Shown: positions 29,435 through 37,250, counted from the first letter of the stretch. The stretch: DNA of 64,000 nucleotides from a virus (IMGVR_UViG_3300043399_000633:32887-96886), one strand, 5' to 3'. The notes: generated from the letters alone by a model not told the origin. Numbers and translations are program-made.

Positions 29435-30139
29435 ATGAATTACAAGAACATTTACCATACTCTGATTACTAGAGGCAAAGAAAGAAAGATTGAATCTGAA
29501 TATAAGGAAATACACCATATTATTCCTCGTTGTTTGGGTGGATCAGATGAGATAGAGAATCTGGTCGAACTAACTCCAGAAGAACATTATGTTGCCCATC
29601 AACTCTTGATAAAAATCTATCCAGATAATCATTCTTTAATTTACGCAGCAAGGATGATGATTGTCAATCGTCCATCAAATAAATTGTATGGCTGGCTTAG
29701 AAGAAAATACGCCGAAGCGGTGTCAATAAATCAAACTGCCGAAGGGAATTCTCAACACGGAACTAAATGGATAACAAATTTACAGGGCGAACAAAAGAAA
29801 ATAGAAAAAAGTTTGGTAATTCCCGAAGGATGGGTTGCAGGTAGAAAAAAATTGAGCACTTGTAAATATTGTAACGCATCGTATCTAAAAATTACTAATA
29901 CAATATTTTGTTCAGTGATTTGTAAATCATCTTATACTCAGGAAATATTGAGTACTCGGATGAGTAGTAATAACCCAATGAAGGACCCATCTGTTGCTAA
30001 AAAGCAAGCAGATAAGGTAAGAGGTAAGAAAAAGAGCCCACACAAGAGAAAACGAACAGAGGATCACAATCAAAAATTATCGGTTGCGTCGAAGTTGGTC
30101 TGGGAAAAAAGAAAACAATCTAAAGTGGCGGTAGACTAA
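29435..30139 (+). CDS. HNH homing endonuclease
   Basis: EIHHIIPRCLGG.D...NLV.LT.EEHY.AH.LL; upstream 12-bp inverted repeat around ATAAATA. Confidence 0.9.
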   Translation: MNYKNIYHTLITRGKERKIESEYKEIHHIIPRCLGGSDEIENLVELTPEEHYVAHQLLIKIYPDNHSLIYAARMMIVNRPSNKLYGWLRRKYAEAVSINQTAEGNSQHGTKWITNLQGEQKKIEKSLVIPEGWVAGRKKLSTCKYCNASYLKITNTIFCSVICKSSYTQEILSTRMSSNNPMKDPSVAKKQADKVRGKKKSPHKRKRTEDHNQKLSVASKLVWEKRKQSKVAVD

Positions 30140-30191
30140 TTGGATAAGTCGCGGCGAAATGGTGGTTTCGAAGTCCACCCCACAATGGGTT

Positions 30192-31515
30192 ATTATATTT
30201 CAGCGCATTAGCACTGGCTGCTACCACAGTCAGACGTATTGGTAGATATGCTGGGCAACAACGCCGCCCGGGTAGTGTGCTGAAATATGGTAAGCCTTAA
30301 TCCAACTGAGGAACAAAAGATCGTCAGAGTCGCGTCTGGTAAAGATCAAGTAGTTCCAATTAGGTGACTCAAGGCTGGTTCCCGGCGGGGAGCCATATTG
30401 AAGCACATTTCTTGGCTAGTAGCGGAAAGAATACTTAATCGGGTCAACGAGCCTTTACTCCTCCCGAAGAACGGTATCGTAAAGATATAAGGACCGTCTA
30501 TGTATTGTGAAGTGTGTTTCAATATGGTATGAGAGCCTCTTCAACGACCAGAGTGTCTATTATTGTTGTGGAGATAAAATAGTAGACCGATCTAGATTGG
30601 GCAGTGTCCACTACTCATAATTTGCTCATACCATTTACCATATTAAAACACATTAGCCTACCTCCACCGAGAGGTAGTTAAAGATAATGACAAGCAACAG
30701 CCAGTGTGTTTCATCGAGACATGGTCTTACTCAAGGATCGCGGTGTTGGGAAGAACGGGAATACATAACCGTCTGTAAGCAATCCTGCACATTGAGAGGG
30801 GGTGGAATTCCCCCACCATATTAAAACACATTAGCCTACCCAAGGGCTTGTAGACAGTGGTTGGAAGGATCTACACAAGTGCTATCGCAAGAGGCAGGAA
30901 CCATCCAGGTGGTGCTGGACCCTGCGGGGGCTTCGAAATCCTCAGATAAGCCGTAGTGTGTTTTAATATGATAAGGATACATATGTTGTATGATATTTGA
31001 TGGAACACCATGCTTTCTCATGTCATATAGCAAAAGTGGCAGGTTTGTAGCGTACCTGTTGTATAAAAACGCTATGATCATATTGAAACACATTGATCCT
31101 AACGATTGTTTAGGAAGACTGGCGATTGTTCAGCAGTGTGTTTCAATATGGTAAATGCGTAGGCTGATACGCAACTTTGAGTTCGGTGCGGCAAGCCACA
31201 CAGGTAAAGCTGGTGGCATGGCTCTTCAAAAATCCAGCATGCGGGAGATCAGCACCCGCTACCATAGTTCAACACATTTCTAATGTACAAACAACTACCC
31301 GGGTTAAGTTGGGAAGTGTGTTGAACTATGGTGAATAGGGCCTCGCTCACTAAGGTCCGTTAAGAGCGAGCAATGCCAGCAGGACGGATCTGAGATAGCG
31401 AAGGAAAGTGGGCAGAGGCTGGCTTCCATAGTTCAACACATTCTACCCTACCTCGGCTGGAACGGCTGTGCGAGGATAGGCGAACAGACCCGTTTGAGTG
31501 TGTTGAACTATGGAA
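30192..31515 (+). repeat. Array of 7 long-stem hairpins alternating with 89-108 nt structured spacers
   Basis: Starts at 30192, 30393, 30637, 30815, 31077, 31261, 31424; arms ACCATA(T/G)T.AA.CACATT and AGTGTG.TT.AA(T/C)ATGGT. Confidence 0.8.
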
Positions 31516-31601
31516 CTTGACACAAATTAGTAAGAGTGCTATACTGTGTATCTGTTGTTGAGTGATCAGCACAAATTCTTTAAAAACTTAATTACAATAC
31601 T

Positions 31602-31715
31602 TCTTAGTATTGTTGAGCATACTAGGCTATATCGGTATACTTAATTGGAACCGTACTCCTATGTTAGCATGACGGCTAGGCATCATGTGCTATAGTGTGT
31701 TCAACAATGTTAAGA
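31602..31715 (+). repeat. Long-stem hairpin family member
   Basis: About 23-bp stem; right arm nearly identical to that at 40285. Confidence 0.7.
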
Positions 31716-31720
31716 TTTTT

Positions 31721-31809
31721 GGGTGTTGCTCCCTGTTGCCGGCTGTAACCCGGTAGGCGTTGTTAAGCAGGGCGGTTGCCAAATGGTTCGACTCCTTCAA
31801 CACCCACCA
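31721..31809 (+). tRNA. tRNA-Tyr(GTA)-like, rewired/pseudoknotted D domain
   Basis: 8-bp acceptor, CTGTAAC loop, T loop, ACCA; no D hairpin. Confidence 0.65.
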
Positions 31810-31819
31810 AAAATTTAAT

Positions 31820-31939
31820 GGGGCCTTAGTGTAATGGTAGCATGTTTAAAGACGGTTATCCTGATAGGATACGGACAGCAAACTTTCTCAATTCCACGAT
31901 AAGGAAAAGGTCCAGGTTCGAATCCTGGGGGCTCCACCA
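31820..31939 (+). ncRNA. CCA-ended tRNA body with permuted ACAGCAA stem replacing the anticodon arm
   Basis: GGGGCCT/GGGCTCC acceptor, D and T arms, TATCCT-GAT-AGGATA-CGGACAGCAA. Confidence 0.65.
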
Positions 31940-31947
31940 AAGTTATT

Positions 31948-32023
31948 GCCCTCTTGGAGCAGCGGAGTGCTCGTCGCCCTGTCACGGCGAAGGCCACGGG
32001 TTCGAATCCCGTAGGGGGCGCCA
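31948..32023 (+). tRNA. tRNA-Asp(GTC)
   Basis: Cloverleaf, CCA. Confidence 0.9.
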
Positions 32024-32027
32024 AATT

Positions 32028-32084
32028 TAGGATGCTAACAGCAAATTTTACTCAACTTTCAATTGGTGAAAAAAATGCATCCTG
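32028..32084 (+). ncRNA. ACAGCAA-stem RNA with anticodon-loop cargo (TTC)
   Basis: TAGGATGC/GCATCCTG, CAA-CTTTCAA-TTG. Confidence 0.65.
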
Positions 32085-32095
32085 TCATTTTTAAT

Positions 32096-32169
32096 GGTGT
32101 CTTTAGTGTAGTGGAAGCAAAACTGACTGTGAATCAGTAGGCGAGGGTTCGATTCCCCAAGACACCCCA
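32096..32169 (+). tRNA. tRNA-His(GTG)
   Basis: G-1:C73, CCA. Confidence 0.85.
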
Positions 32170-32177
32170 AACAATTT

Positions 32178-32217
32178 GCCCCAGTAACTCAGTGGACTAG
32201 AGTACTGTGCTACGAAC
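32178..32217 (+). pseudogene. tRNA-Arg(ACG) 5' half truncated after the anticodon loop
   Basis: Acceptor 5' strand, D arm, CTACGAA; followed by HNH gene. Confidence 0.7.
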
Positions 32218-32252
32218 GTTGGAACTTTTGTTCGCAAATGATAAATAAGTAT

Positions 32253-32966
32253 ATGAATTACATAAAACATTATAATATACTTATTAATCGGGCAAAAATC
32301 AGATCATTGACAGAAGATTACGAAACGCACCATATTGTGCCCAAATGTTTGGGTGGAACTGATGATTTTGATAATCTTGTTAGATTGACTCCTGAGGAGC
32401 ATTATACTGCTCATCTATTGTTGGTAAAAATCTATAATAGCCCACCATTAGTATACGCCGCACAAATGATGGCGGTGAGTAGTAAACATCACCGAAGGAA
32501 TAACAAAATGTATGGCTGGCTAAAACGCCGGTACATTGAAATATGCCGCCAACGGATAGGAAATAAAAACGGTAGCTTTGGTAGACATTGGTATACCAAT
32601 CCTTCAACATTAGAAAGCGGTAAATTTGAGGATAGTAAAGTACCTGCAGGGTGGATAAAGGGCCGCAGAATTAAAAAAGAATTAAAACCTAGAAAAACTA
32701 CTACATGCGGATCATGTGGTAAGAATACAAATTCTCACAAGGCCAAATTGTGTAGTGATTGTAAACCGCTTAGTTCGGTGAGACAAGAAAAACAAAAAAT
32801 GTTTTTTTCAGATGAAGAAAAAATAAATGCTTTAAAACTTTTTGACGGAAAAATACGCCCTGCTCTGTTTCATTTAGGATTAAATGACAGTGGGGTACAT
32901 TACAGATGCATGAAAAAATTAAAAGCGTCTTTATACCCTCTGGCTACGAACCAGTTGAAAGGTTAA
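32253..32966 (+). CDS. HNH homing endonuclease
   Basis: ETHHIVPKCLGG.D...NLVRLTPEEHY.AH; paralog of 29435 gene. Confidence 0.9.
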   Translation: MNYIKHYNILINRAKIRSLTEDYETHHIVPKCLGGTDDFDNLVRLTPEEHYTAHLLLVKIYNSPPLVYAAQMMAVSSKHHRRNNKMYGWLKRRYIEICRQRIGNKNGSFGRHWYTNPSTLESGKFEDSKVPAGWIKGRRIKKELKPRKTTTCGSCGKNTNSHKAKLCSDCKPLSSVRQEKQKMFFSDEEKINALKLFDGKIRPALFHLGLNDSGVHYRCMKKLKASLYPLATNQLKG

Positions 32967-33004
32967 CTGGATACATAGAGGTTCGAATCCTCTAAGACGC
33001 GCCA
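32925..33004 (+). tRNA. tRNA-Arg(ACG)-like with D-loop element 3' of the anticodon arm
   Basis: GCGTCTT/AAGACGC-GCCA, CTGG-CTACGAA-CCAG, perfect T arm. Confidence 0.6.
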
Positions 33005-33155
33005 AATTTAAGGATAGACGGTAGATTAGAGTCCCGAGCAATCTAACATATCAGGGGATATGTGAAGAACAACGTGATTGTAAGGTCGTTAAACTCATCT
33101 ATACGAGACAATCCATCGAGGTCGGGTAACGCCGAATAGGTGGGCGCCAAATATT

Positions 33156-33230
33156 GCTGATATAACACAGAGGTAGTGTACTTTCTTGGTAAGAAAGAGG
33201 TCACTGGTTCGAATCCAGTTATCAGCACCA
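33156..33230 (+). tRNA. tRNA-Thr(GGT)
   Basis: Cloverleaf, CCA. Confidence 0.9.
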
Positions 33231-33234
33231 GTTA

Positions 33235-33346
33235 GGGGATACTTACAGCAACATCTATCAAACGATAGGTAGTTGGTTCGATTCCAACTTTTTCCACATG
33301 GGAAAATAGCTCATTAGGTAGAGCATTCGTCAAGAAATGTATCCCG
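33235..33346 (+). ncRNA. YrlA-like RNA (circularly permuted tRNA domain on ACAGCAA stem)
   Basis: GGGATAC/GTATCCC stem; order T arm, closed acceptor hairpin, D arm. Confidence 0.75.
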
Positions 33347-33459
33347 TTTTATTAGCAAGAATTCTTGCAAGAAGAAACCACTGCGACCTTAGCCTGGGCG
33401 GGCGGTATGTCAGTTACGAAACAGTTGGGTAAGAGTCCTTATGCCTAGGCACAAATTTT

Positions 33460-33587
33460 GGAGATGTGATGTAATGGTAGCATAGCACAGCAAAAACCGT
33501 ATTCTGTTTTAGCATACGTGCAGCAACATCTTAGCTATCCCTCTGTGAAAGGGCTTGACCGTGGTTCGATTCCCGGCGTCTCCACCA
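33460..33587 (+). ncRNA. CCA-ended tRNA body with permuted (G)CAGCAA stem and His-like anticodon hairpin
   Basis: GGAGATG/CGTCTCC-ACCA; CGTATTCT..AGCATACG-TGCAGCAA; CCCT-CTGTGAA-AGGG. Confidence 0.65.
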
Positions 33588-33593
33588 AACATA

Positions 33594-33669
33594 GTCCAGT
33601 TAGTTCAGCGGTATGAACGCTACCCTGACACGGTAGAGGTCACTGGTTCGATCCCAGTACTGGACACCA
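33594..33669 (+). tRNA. tRNA-Val(GAC)
   Basis: Cloverleaf, CCA. Confidence 0.9.
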
Positions 33670-33719
33670 GTAGTTGACGATAATTCCGCAGTGTAGTATA
33701 CTGCATATATCGTTTTTTA

Positions 33720-33813
33720 AAGGAGATTGACATGAAACGAGGTAAACTGTAGTGTCATCTTGAGACTCCGTATGGTCCAGGATGGCACGTTAAAGAAAAC
33801 AAAAATACGACCA
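33720..33813 (+). other. SD plus 6-codon mini-ORF (MKRGKL) plus hairpin/pseudoknot
   Basis: AAGGAG, ATG 33732, TAG 33750, 11-bp stem starting at the stop codon. Confidence 0.5.
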
Positions 33814-33814
33814 T

Positions 33815-33889
33815 CCCAGAGAAACTTTGAAGGTGAAGTCCGGCCTCTTAAGCCGAGAGAACTGAGTTCGATTCTCAGCCCTGGGACCA
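33815..33889 (+). tRNA. tRNA-Lys(CTT), atypical
   Basis: CTCTTAA loop, CCA. Confidence 0.7.
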
Positions 33890-33892
33890 TTA

Positions 33893-33968
33893 CGGAGTAT
33901 AGTGAAACGGTTATCACAGCAGACTTTTAATCTGCCAATTTTGGGTTCGAATCCCAGTGCTCCGACCA
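33893..33968 (+). tRNA. tRNA-Lys(TTT)
   Basis: Cloverleaf, CCA. Confidence 0.9.
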
Positions 33969-33976
33969 AAATATAT

Positions 33977-34052
33977 GCGGGTATAGCTCAGTCGGTAGAG
34001 CAGTAGACTTTTAATCTATTGGTCGTGGGTTCGAATCCCCCTGCCCGTACCA
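33977..34052 (+). tRNA. tRNA-Lys(TTT)
   Basis: Cloverleaf, CCA. Confidence 0.9.
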
Positions 34053-34154
34053 TATAAAAGCACATTAGTTACGTTGGGCCGAAAGCTGGAAAGGACAAGT
34101 AACCGCCAGGTTAAAACGGGAGACCCAAAGTGTGATAGTGTGCTTCTATATGGT
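34049..34154 (+). repeat. Long-stem hairpin family member overlapping both flanking tRNA ends
   Basis: ACCATATAAAAGCACATTA/TAGTGTGCTTCTATATGGT. Confidence 0.75.
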
Positions 34155-34226
34155 GATGTAGCATTAAGGTAATGTACCACCCTCATAAGGTGTCCTAAGG
34201 CGGTTCGATTCCGCCCATCACTACCA
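34152..34226 (+). tRNA. tRNA-Met/Ile2(CAT)
   Basis: Cloverleaf, CCA. Confidence 0.85.
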
Positions 34227-34241
34227 AATAAGGAGAATATC

Positions 34242-34424
34242 ATGAAAACTGTATACTTTGAGAATTATAGAAATCATGAAAAATTTGAATGTCACGACTT
34301 GAAAGATATTCGTGTCATCGACGGTATTGAATACCTCAGAGTTTTTAGATTTGGTACGCAACGAGATTGTCTTGTGCGCAAAGACCAACTTAGGAAACTC
34401 AGTAAGAATGAAAAGCCGATGTAG
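34242..34424 (+). CDS. Small hypothetical protein
   Basis: AAGGAG RBS; stop inside tRNA-Phe. Confidence 0.7.
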   Translation: MKTVYFENYRNHEKFECHDLKDIRVIDGIEYLRVFRFGTQRDCLVRKDQLRKLSKNEKPM

Positions 34425-34490
34425 CTCAGTTGGTAGAGCAGCGGACTGAAAATCCGTGTGTCACTGGTTCGAACCCGGTCTTCGGCACCA
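34415..34490 (+). tRNA. tRNA-Phe(GAA)
   Basis: Cloverleaf, CCA. Confidence 0.9.
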
Positions 34491-34497
34491 TATTAAT

Positions 34498-34583
34498 GCC
34501 CCGGTGCAGGGAATTGGCAGACCGGCAGTGTTGAGAACGCTGTGACGCAGGACGTGTGGGTTCGAATCCCACTCGGGGCACCA
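34498..34583 (+). tRNA. tRNA-Leu(GAG)
   Basis: Long variable arm, CCA. Confidence 0.85.
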
Positions 34584-34588
34584 GTTTA

Positions 34589-34690
34589 GGGATGACTACA
34601 GCAACACAAATTTCTGCAGCCATATTTTGCAGGCCAGCCCAGTAGGGGTGTGTCGTGGGTTCGACTCTCGGCTTTAGACACATCATCCAG
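34589..34690 (+). ncRNA. ACAGCAA-stem RNA with three-hairpin cargo including a T-arm-like hairpin
   Basis: GGATGA/TCATCC, CTACAGCAA, GGGTTCGACTC. Confidence 0.6.
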
Positions 34691-34698
34691 TTTTACAT

Positions 34699-34773
34699 AT
34701 CTCTGTAGTTCAATGGACAGAATGATTCTCTCCTAAAGAATAGATATCGGTTCGATTCCGGTCAGAGGTACCA
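34699..34773 (+). tRNA. tRNA-Arg(CCT)
   Basis: Cloverleaf, CCA. Confidence 0.9.
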
Positions 34774-35019
34774 AAAATCAACATCCGACCTAACGCAGGC
34801 AACTGAGGAAGTTCGGGACTTGTGGCAAGTGCGTGTGGGAGGGATGTTCATAGCATGCCGTTAATACCACCGTGATATAACAAGCAACACAAACAGAACT
34901 AGGTAACACTTGCACTATTAGTTCGGGTTGTGGCGAAGATGAATGTTAGGATAAAACAGAATCCCGGCTATGGGATGTTGATTTGACAGAAAAGAATAAA
35001 TGATTTATAATAAGAATAT

Positions 35020-35094
35020 GGGACATTAACTCAGCGGAAGAGTCTTGGTCTTCGAAACCAATGGTCGGGGGTTCGAATCCTCTATGTCCCTCCA
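35020..35094 (+). tRNA. tRNA-Arg(TCG)
   Basis: Cloverleaf, CCA. Confidence 0.85.
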
Positions 35095-35146
35095 ATGATA
35101 CATTAAATAATGTAACAGGCATTTAGCACAAGGAAAGGAGTTAAAA

Positions 35147-35707
35147 ATGGCTGTTCTAGCACTAGATATTTCAGGCACTCCGCGGCAATGGATTTCGTAT
35201 GATGACGCAATTTCATACCATGCTACAAAGAGTGTAGCGTGGAGCATGGGTGATATTGTTGCAAAATACCGCGGCGGTATCCAAAATGACGGTACAGAAA
35301 GCTATATCGAAACTCCAAGTATTATTGCAATTAAGGGACATGGGTTCAATCCTCACAAGCATTCGAGGGTTGCTCTAAGTAACCGTACACTGTTCGGTCG
35401 TGACCGATATGTGTGTGCGTACTGCGGTGGACATTTCCCGAACTTCAATAATCTTAGTCGTGATCACATTGTTCCTAAGTTTCATGGCGGAGAAAACACG
35501 TGGATGAACGTAGTTACCGCTTGCAAGGAATGTAATAGCAAGAAGGGTCACAAGACATTGAAGGAAGCTCGTATGGAATTGTTGTACGTGCCGTACGAAC
35601 CCAATCACTATGAAAACATGATTCTGCAAAATCGCACGATCCTTGCAGATCAAATGGAATACTTGCTTGCAGGTGTTCCAAAACATAGTAGGATCCTATT
35701 GTCATAG
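35147..35707 (+). CDS. HNH endonuclease (McrA-like)
   Basis: RD...CAYCG...DHIVP...GG...W.N.VTAC..CN..K; AAGGAG RBS. Confidence 0.9.
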   Translation: MAVLALDISGTPRQWISYDDAISYHATKSVAWSMGDIVAKYRGGIQNDGTESYIETPSIIAIKGHGFNPHKHSRVALSNRTLFGRDRYVCAYCGGHFPNFNNLSRDHIVPKFHGGENTWMNVVTACKECNSKKGHKTLKEARMELLYVPYEPNHYENMILQNRTILADQMEYLLAGVPKHSRILLS

Positions 35708-35773
35708 GAAGAGGTCATGCAAGGTGTTGACAAAATATCTTGCATGACTTACAATGAGTAAATATTGAATAAC

Positions 35774-35848
35774 GCCGAATTAGCACAGGGGTAGTGCAAT
35801 CGCCTTGTAAGCGATAGGTCGTCTGTTCGAATCAGACATTCGGCACCA
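35774..35848 (+). tRNA. tRNA-Thr(TGT)
   Basis: Cloverleaf, CCA. Confidence 0.9.
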
Positions 35849-35854
35849 AATTTT

Positions 35855-35931
35855 CGGAGTATAGCGCAGTCTGGTAGCGCAACTGCTTTGGGAGCAGTGG
35901 GTCGGGAGTTCGAATCTCTCTACTCCGACCA
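35855..35931 (+). tRNA. tRNA-Pro(TGG)
   Basis: Cloverleaf, CCA. Confidence 0.9.
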
Positions 35932-35940
35932 AGTTTTTAT

Positions 35941-36015
35941 TCCGGTGTAGCACAGCGGTAGTGCAGTTGACTGTTAATCAATTGGTCGTTGGTTCGAACC
36001 CAGCCACCGGAGCCA
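35941..36015 (+). tRNA. tRNA-Asn(GTT)
   Basis: Cloverleaf, CCA. Confidence 0.9.
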
Positions 36016-36023
36016 AGTTTTAT

Positions 36024-36100
36024 ACGGCTGTAGTTCAGTGGACCAGAACAATTGCCTTCTAAGCAATGGGTCGCAGGTTCGAATCCTGCCAGCCGTGCCA
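36024..36100 (+). tRNA. tRNA-Arg(TCT)
   Basis: Cloverleaf, CCA. Confidence 0.9.
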
Positions 36101-36117
36101 ATAATAAAAGAGTCTTT

Positions 36118-36483
36118 ATGAAAGAGTTTACGATACCCGAAGAGTATATAACTGAAGTTGTTGTTAGGACTGAACATGATTTCATAAAGGATCGAAAAAA
36201 TCCTACTTACGAAGACCTAATAAAAATCCTTAGAGGATATGATATAGGTGTTAGCATAAGTAATGAAGATCACGATGAATTTGCAAAATTGCGTGACCAA
36301 CTTGAAAGTGAAGGTTACATAGAATGTCAGCGTGGTTGGTGGAATGGTGATCGTGTATTAAAGCCATTTAAATTGAATGAGTGGAAGTTTAAAAAGAATC
36401 ATAAATTTCCTTGCGCCGCAGCTATGAAAGCTAGTATAGAGTGTGCTAGGAAATATGGTTGGAAAAGTATTTCGCATCTTTGA
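36118..36483 (+). CDS. Hypothetical phage protein
   Basis: ORF between tRNAs; start moved downstream of tRNA-Arg. Confidence 0.7.
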   Translation: MKEFTIPEEYITEVVVRTEHDFIKDRKNPTYEDLIKILRGYDIGVSISNEDHDEFAKLRDQLESEGYIECQRGWWNGDRVLKPFKLNEWKFKKNHKFPCAAAMKASIECARKYGWKSISHL

Positions 36484-36484
36484 T

Positions 36485-36559
36485 ATCTCCCTGGTGTCAA
36501 CGGCAGCATGACGGTCTCCAAAACCGTGGGTGGGGGTTCGAATCCCTCGGGGGATGCCA
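36485..36559 (+). tRNA. tRNA-Trp(CCA)
   Basis: Cloverleaf, CCA. Confidence 0.9.
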
Positions 36560-36773
36560 AAAAAATATTGACAAATAATCGTAGGTGTTATATACTGTGT
36601 ATCTTGATTGAGAAGTTGATGCAAGTAAGCCCTAAGCGAAAGCAGGCATTGAATAAAGTTCTTGACAAGAAATAGCAGGTGTTGTATACTTGCACAGTAG
36701 CCTGAGAACTTACAGGCACAACGTTTCCCGATAACGTAAATCGGAAGCTCTTTAAAAATCATAAAAGCATTTT

Positions 36774-36863
36774 GCCCGGGTGGTGAAATTGGTAGACACA
36801 AGGGACTTAAAATCCCTCGCTTCCGAAAGGGGCGTGCCGGTTCGATTCCGGCTCCGGGCACCA
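36774..36863 (+). tRNA. tRNA-Leu(TAA)
   Basis: Long variable arm, CCA. Confidence 0.9.
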
Positions 36864-37067
36864 TACTATAATGCATCTTTGTCTATATTTTATATATTGA
36901 GGGGACATAGCCTGCCCTAGCGAAGCTAAAGAACCCGAGGATACACATCATATCGTATTAGAAAATTAGACATTCTAATACATTATTTAATATTGATGAT
37001 TGTAACTTTGACTCGGCAACACGGTACATCGAACTAGACACTCGGTGGAGGTGCATTATAGTATGGT
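36860..37067 (+). repeat. Long-stem hairpin family member
   Basis: 20-bp stem starting in tRNA-Leu ACCA; about 168-nt interior. Confidence 0.7.
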
Positions 37068-37076
37068 GAATTAAAT

Positions 37077-37153
37077 GCCTCTGTAGCTCAATTGGTCAGA
37101 GCAGTGGACTCATAATCCATTGGTTACAGGTTCGAGTCCTGTCGGAGGCACCA
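37077..37153 (+). tRNA. tRNA-Met/Ile2(CAT)
   Basis: Cloverleaf, CCA. Confidence 0.9.
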
Positions 37154-37250
37154 AACATAGAAGGGGAGAGTGAGCGGAAACGGCAAGTCTACGACCGCCT
37201 ACTCTTAAACGACAGAACAGGACCGCGTCCCGTAGATTTTAGATATTAAT

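Noticed and set aside
31333-31423. Known self-cleaving ribozyme in array spacers
   Set aside because: Pseudoknot-like pairings exist, but I could not match hammerhead, twister, pistol or HDV cores by eye; needs an Infernal search.
30192-31515. CRISPR array
   Set aside because: Repeats alternate as inverted arms, differ between copies, spacers are 33-120 nt and structured, and no cas genes are in the window.
31820-31939. tmRNA
   Set aside because: Ala-type acceptor is present, but it is only 120 nt, has a full D stem and has no tag reading frame.
32178-33004. Group I intron splitting one tRNA-Arg
   Set aside because: The upstream acceptor strand (GCCCCAG) does not pair with the downstream one (AAGACGC), and there is no room for an intron core around the ORF.
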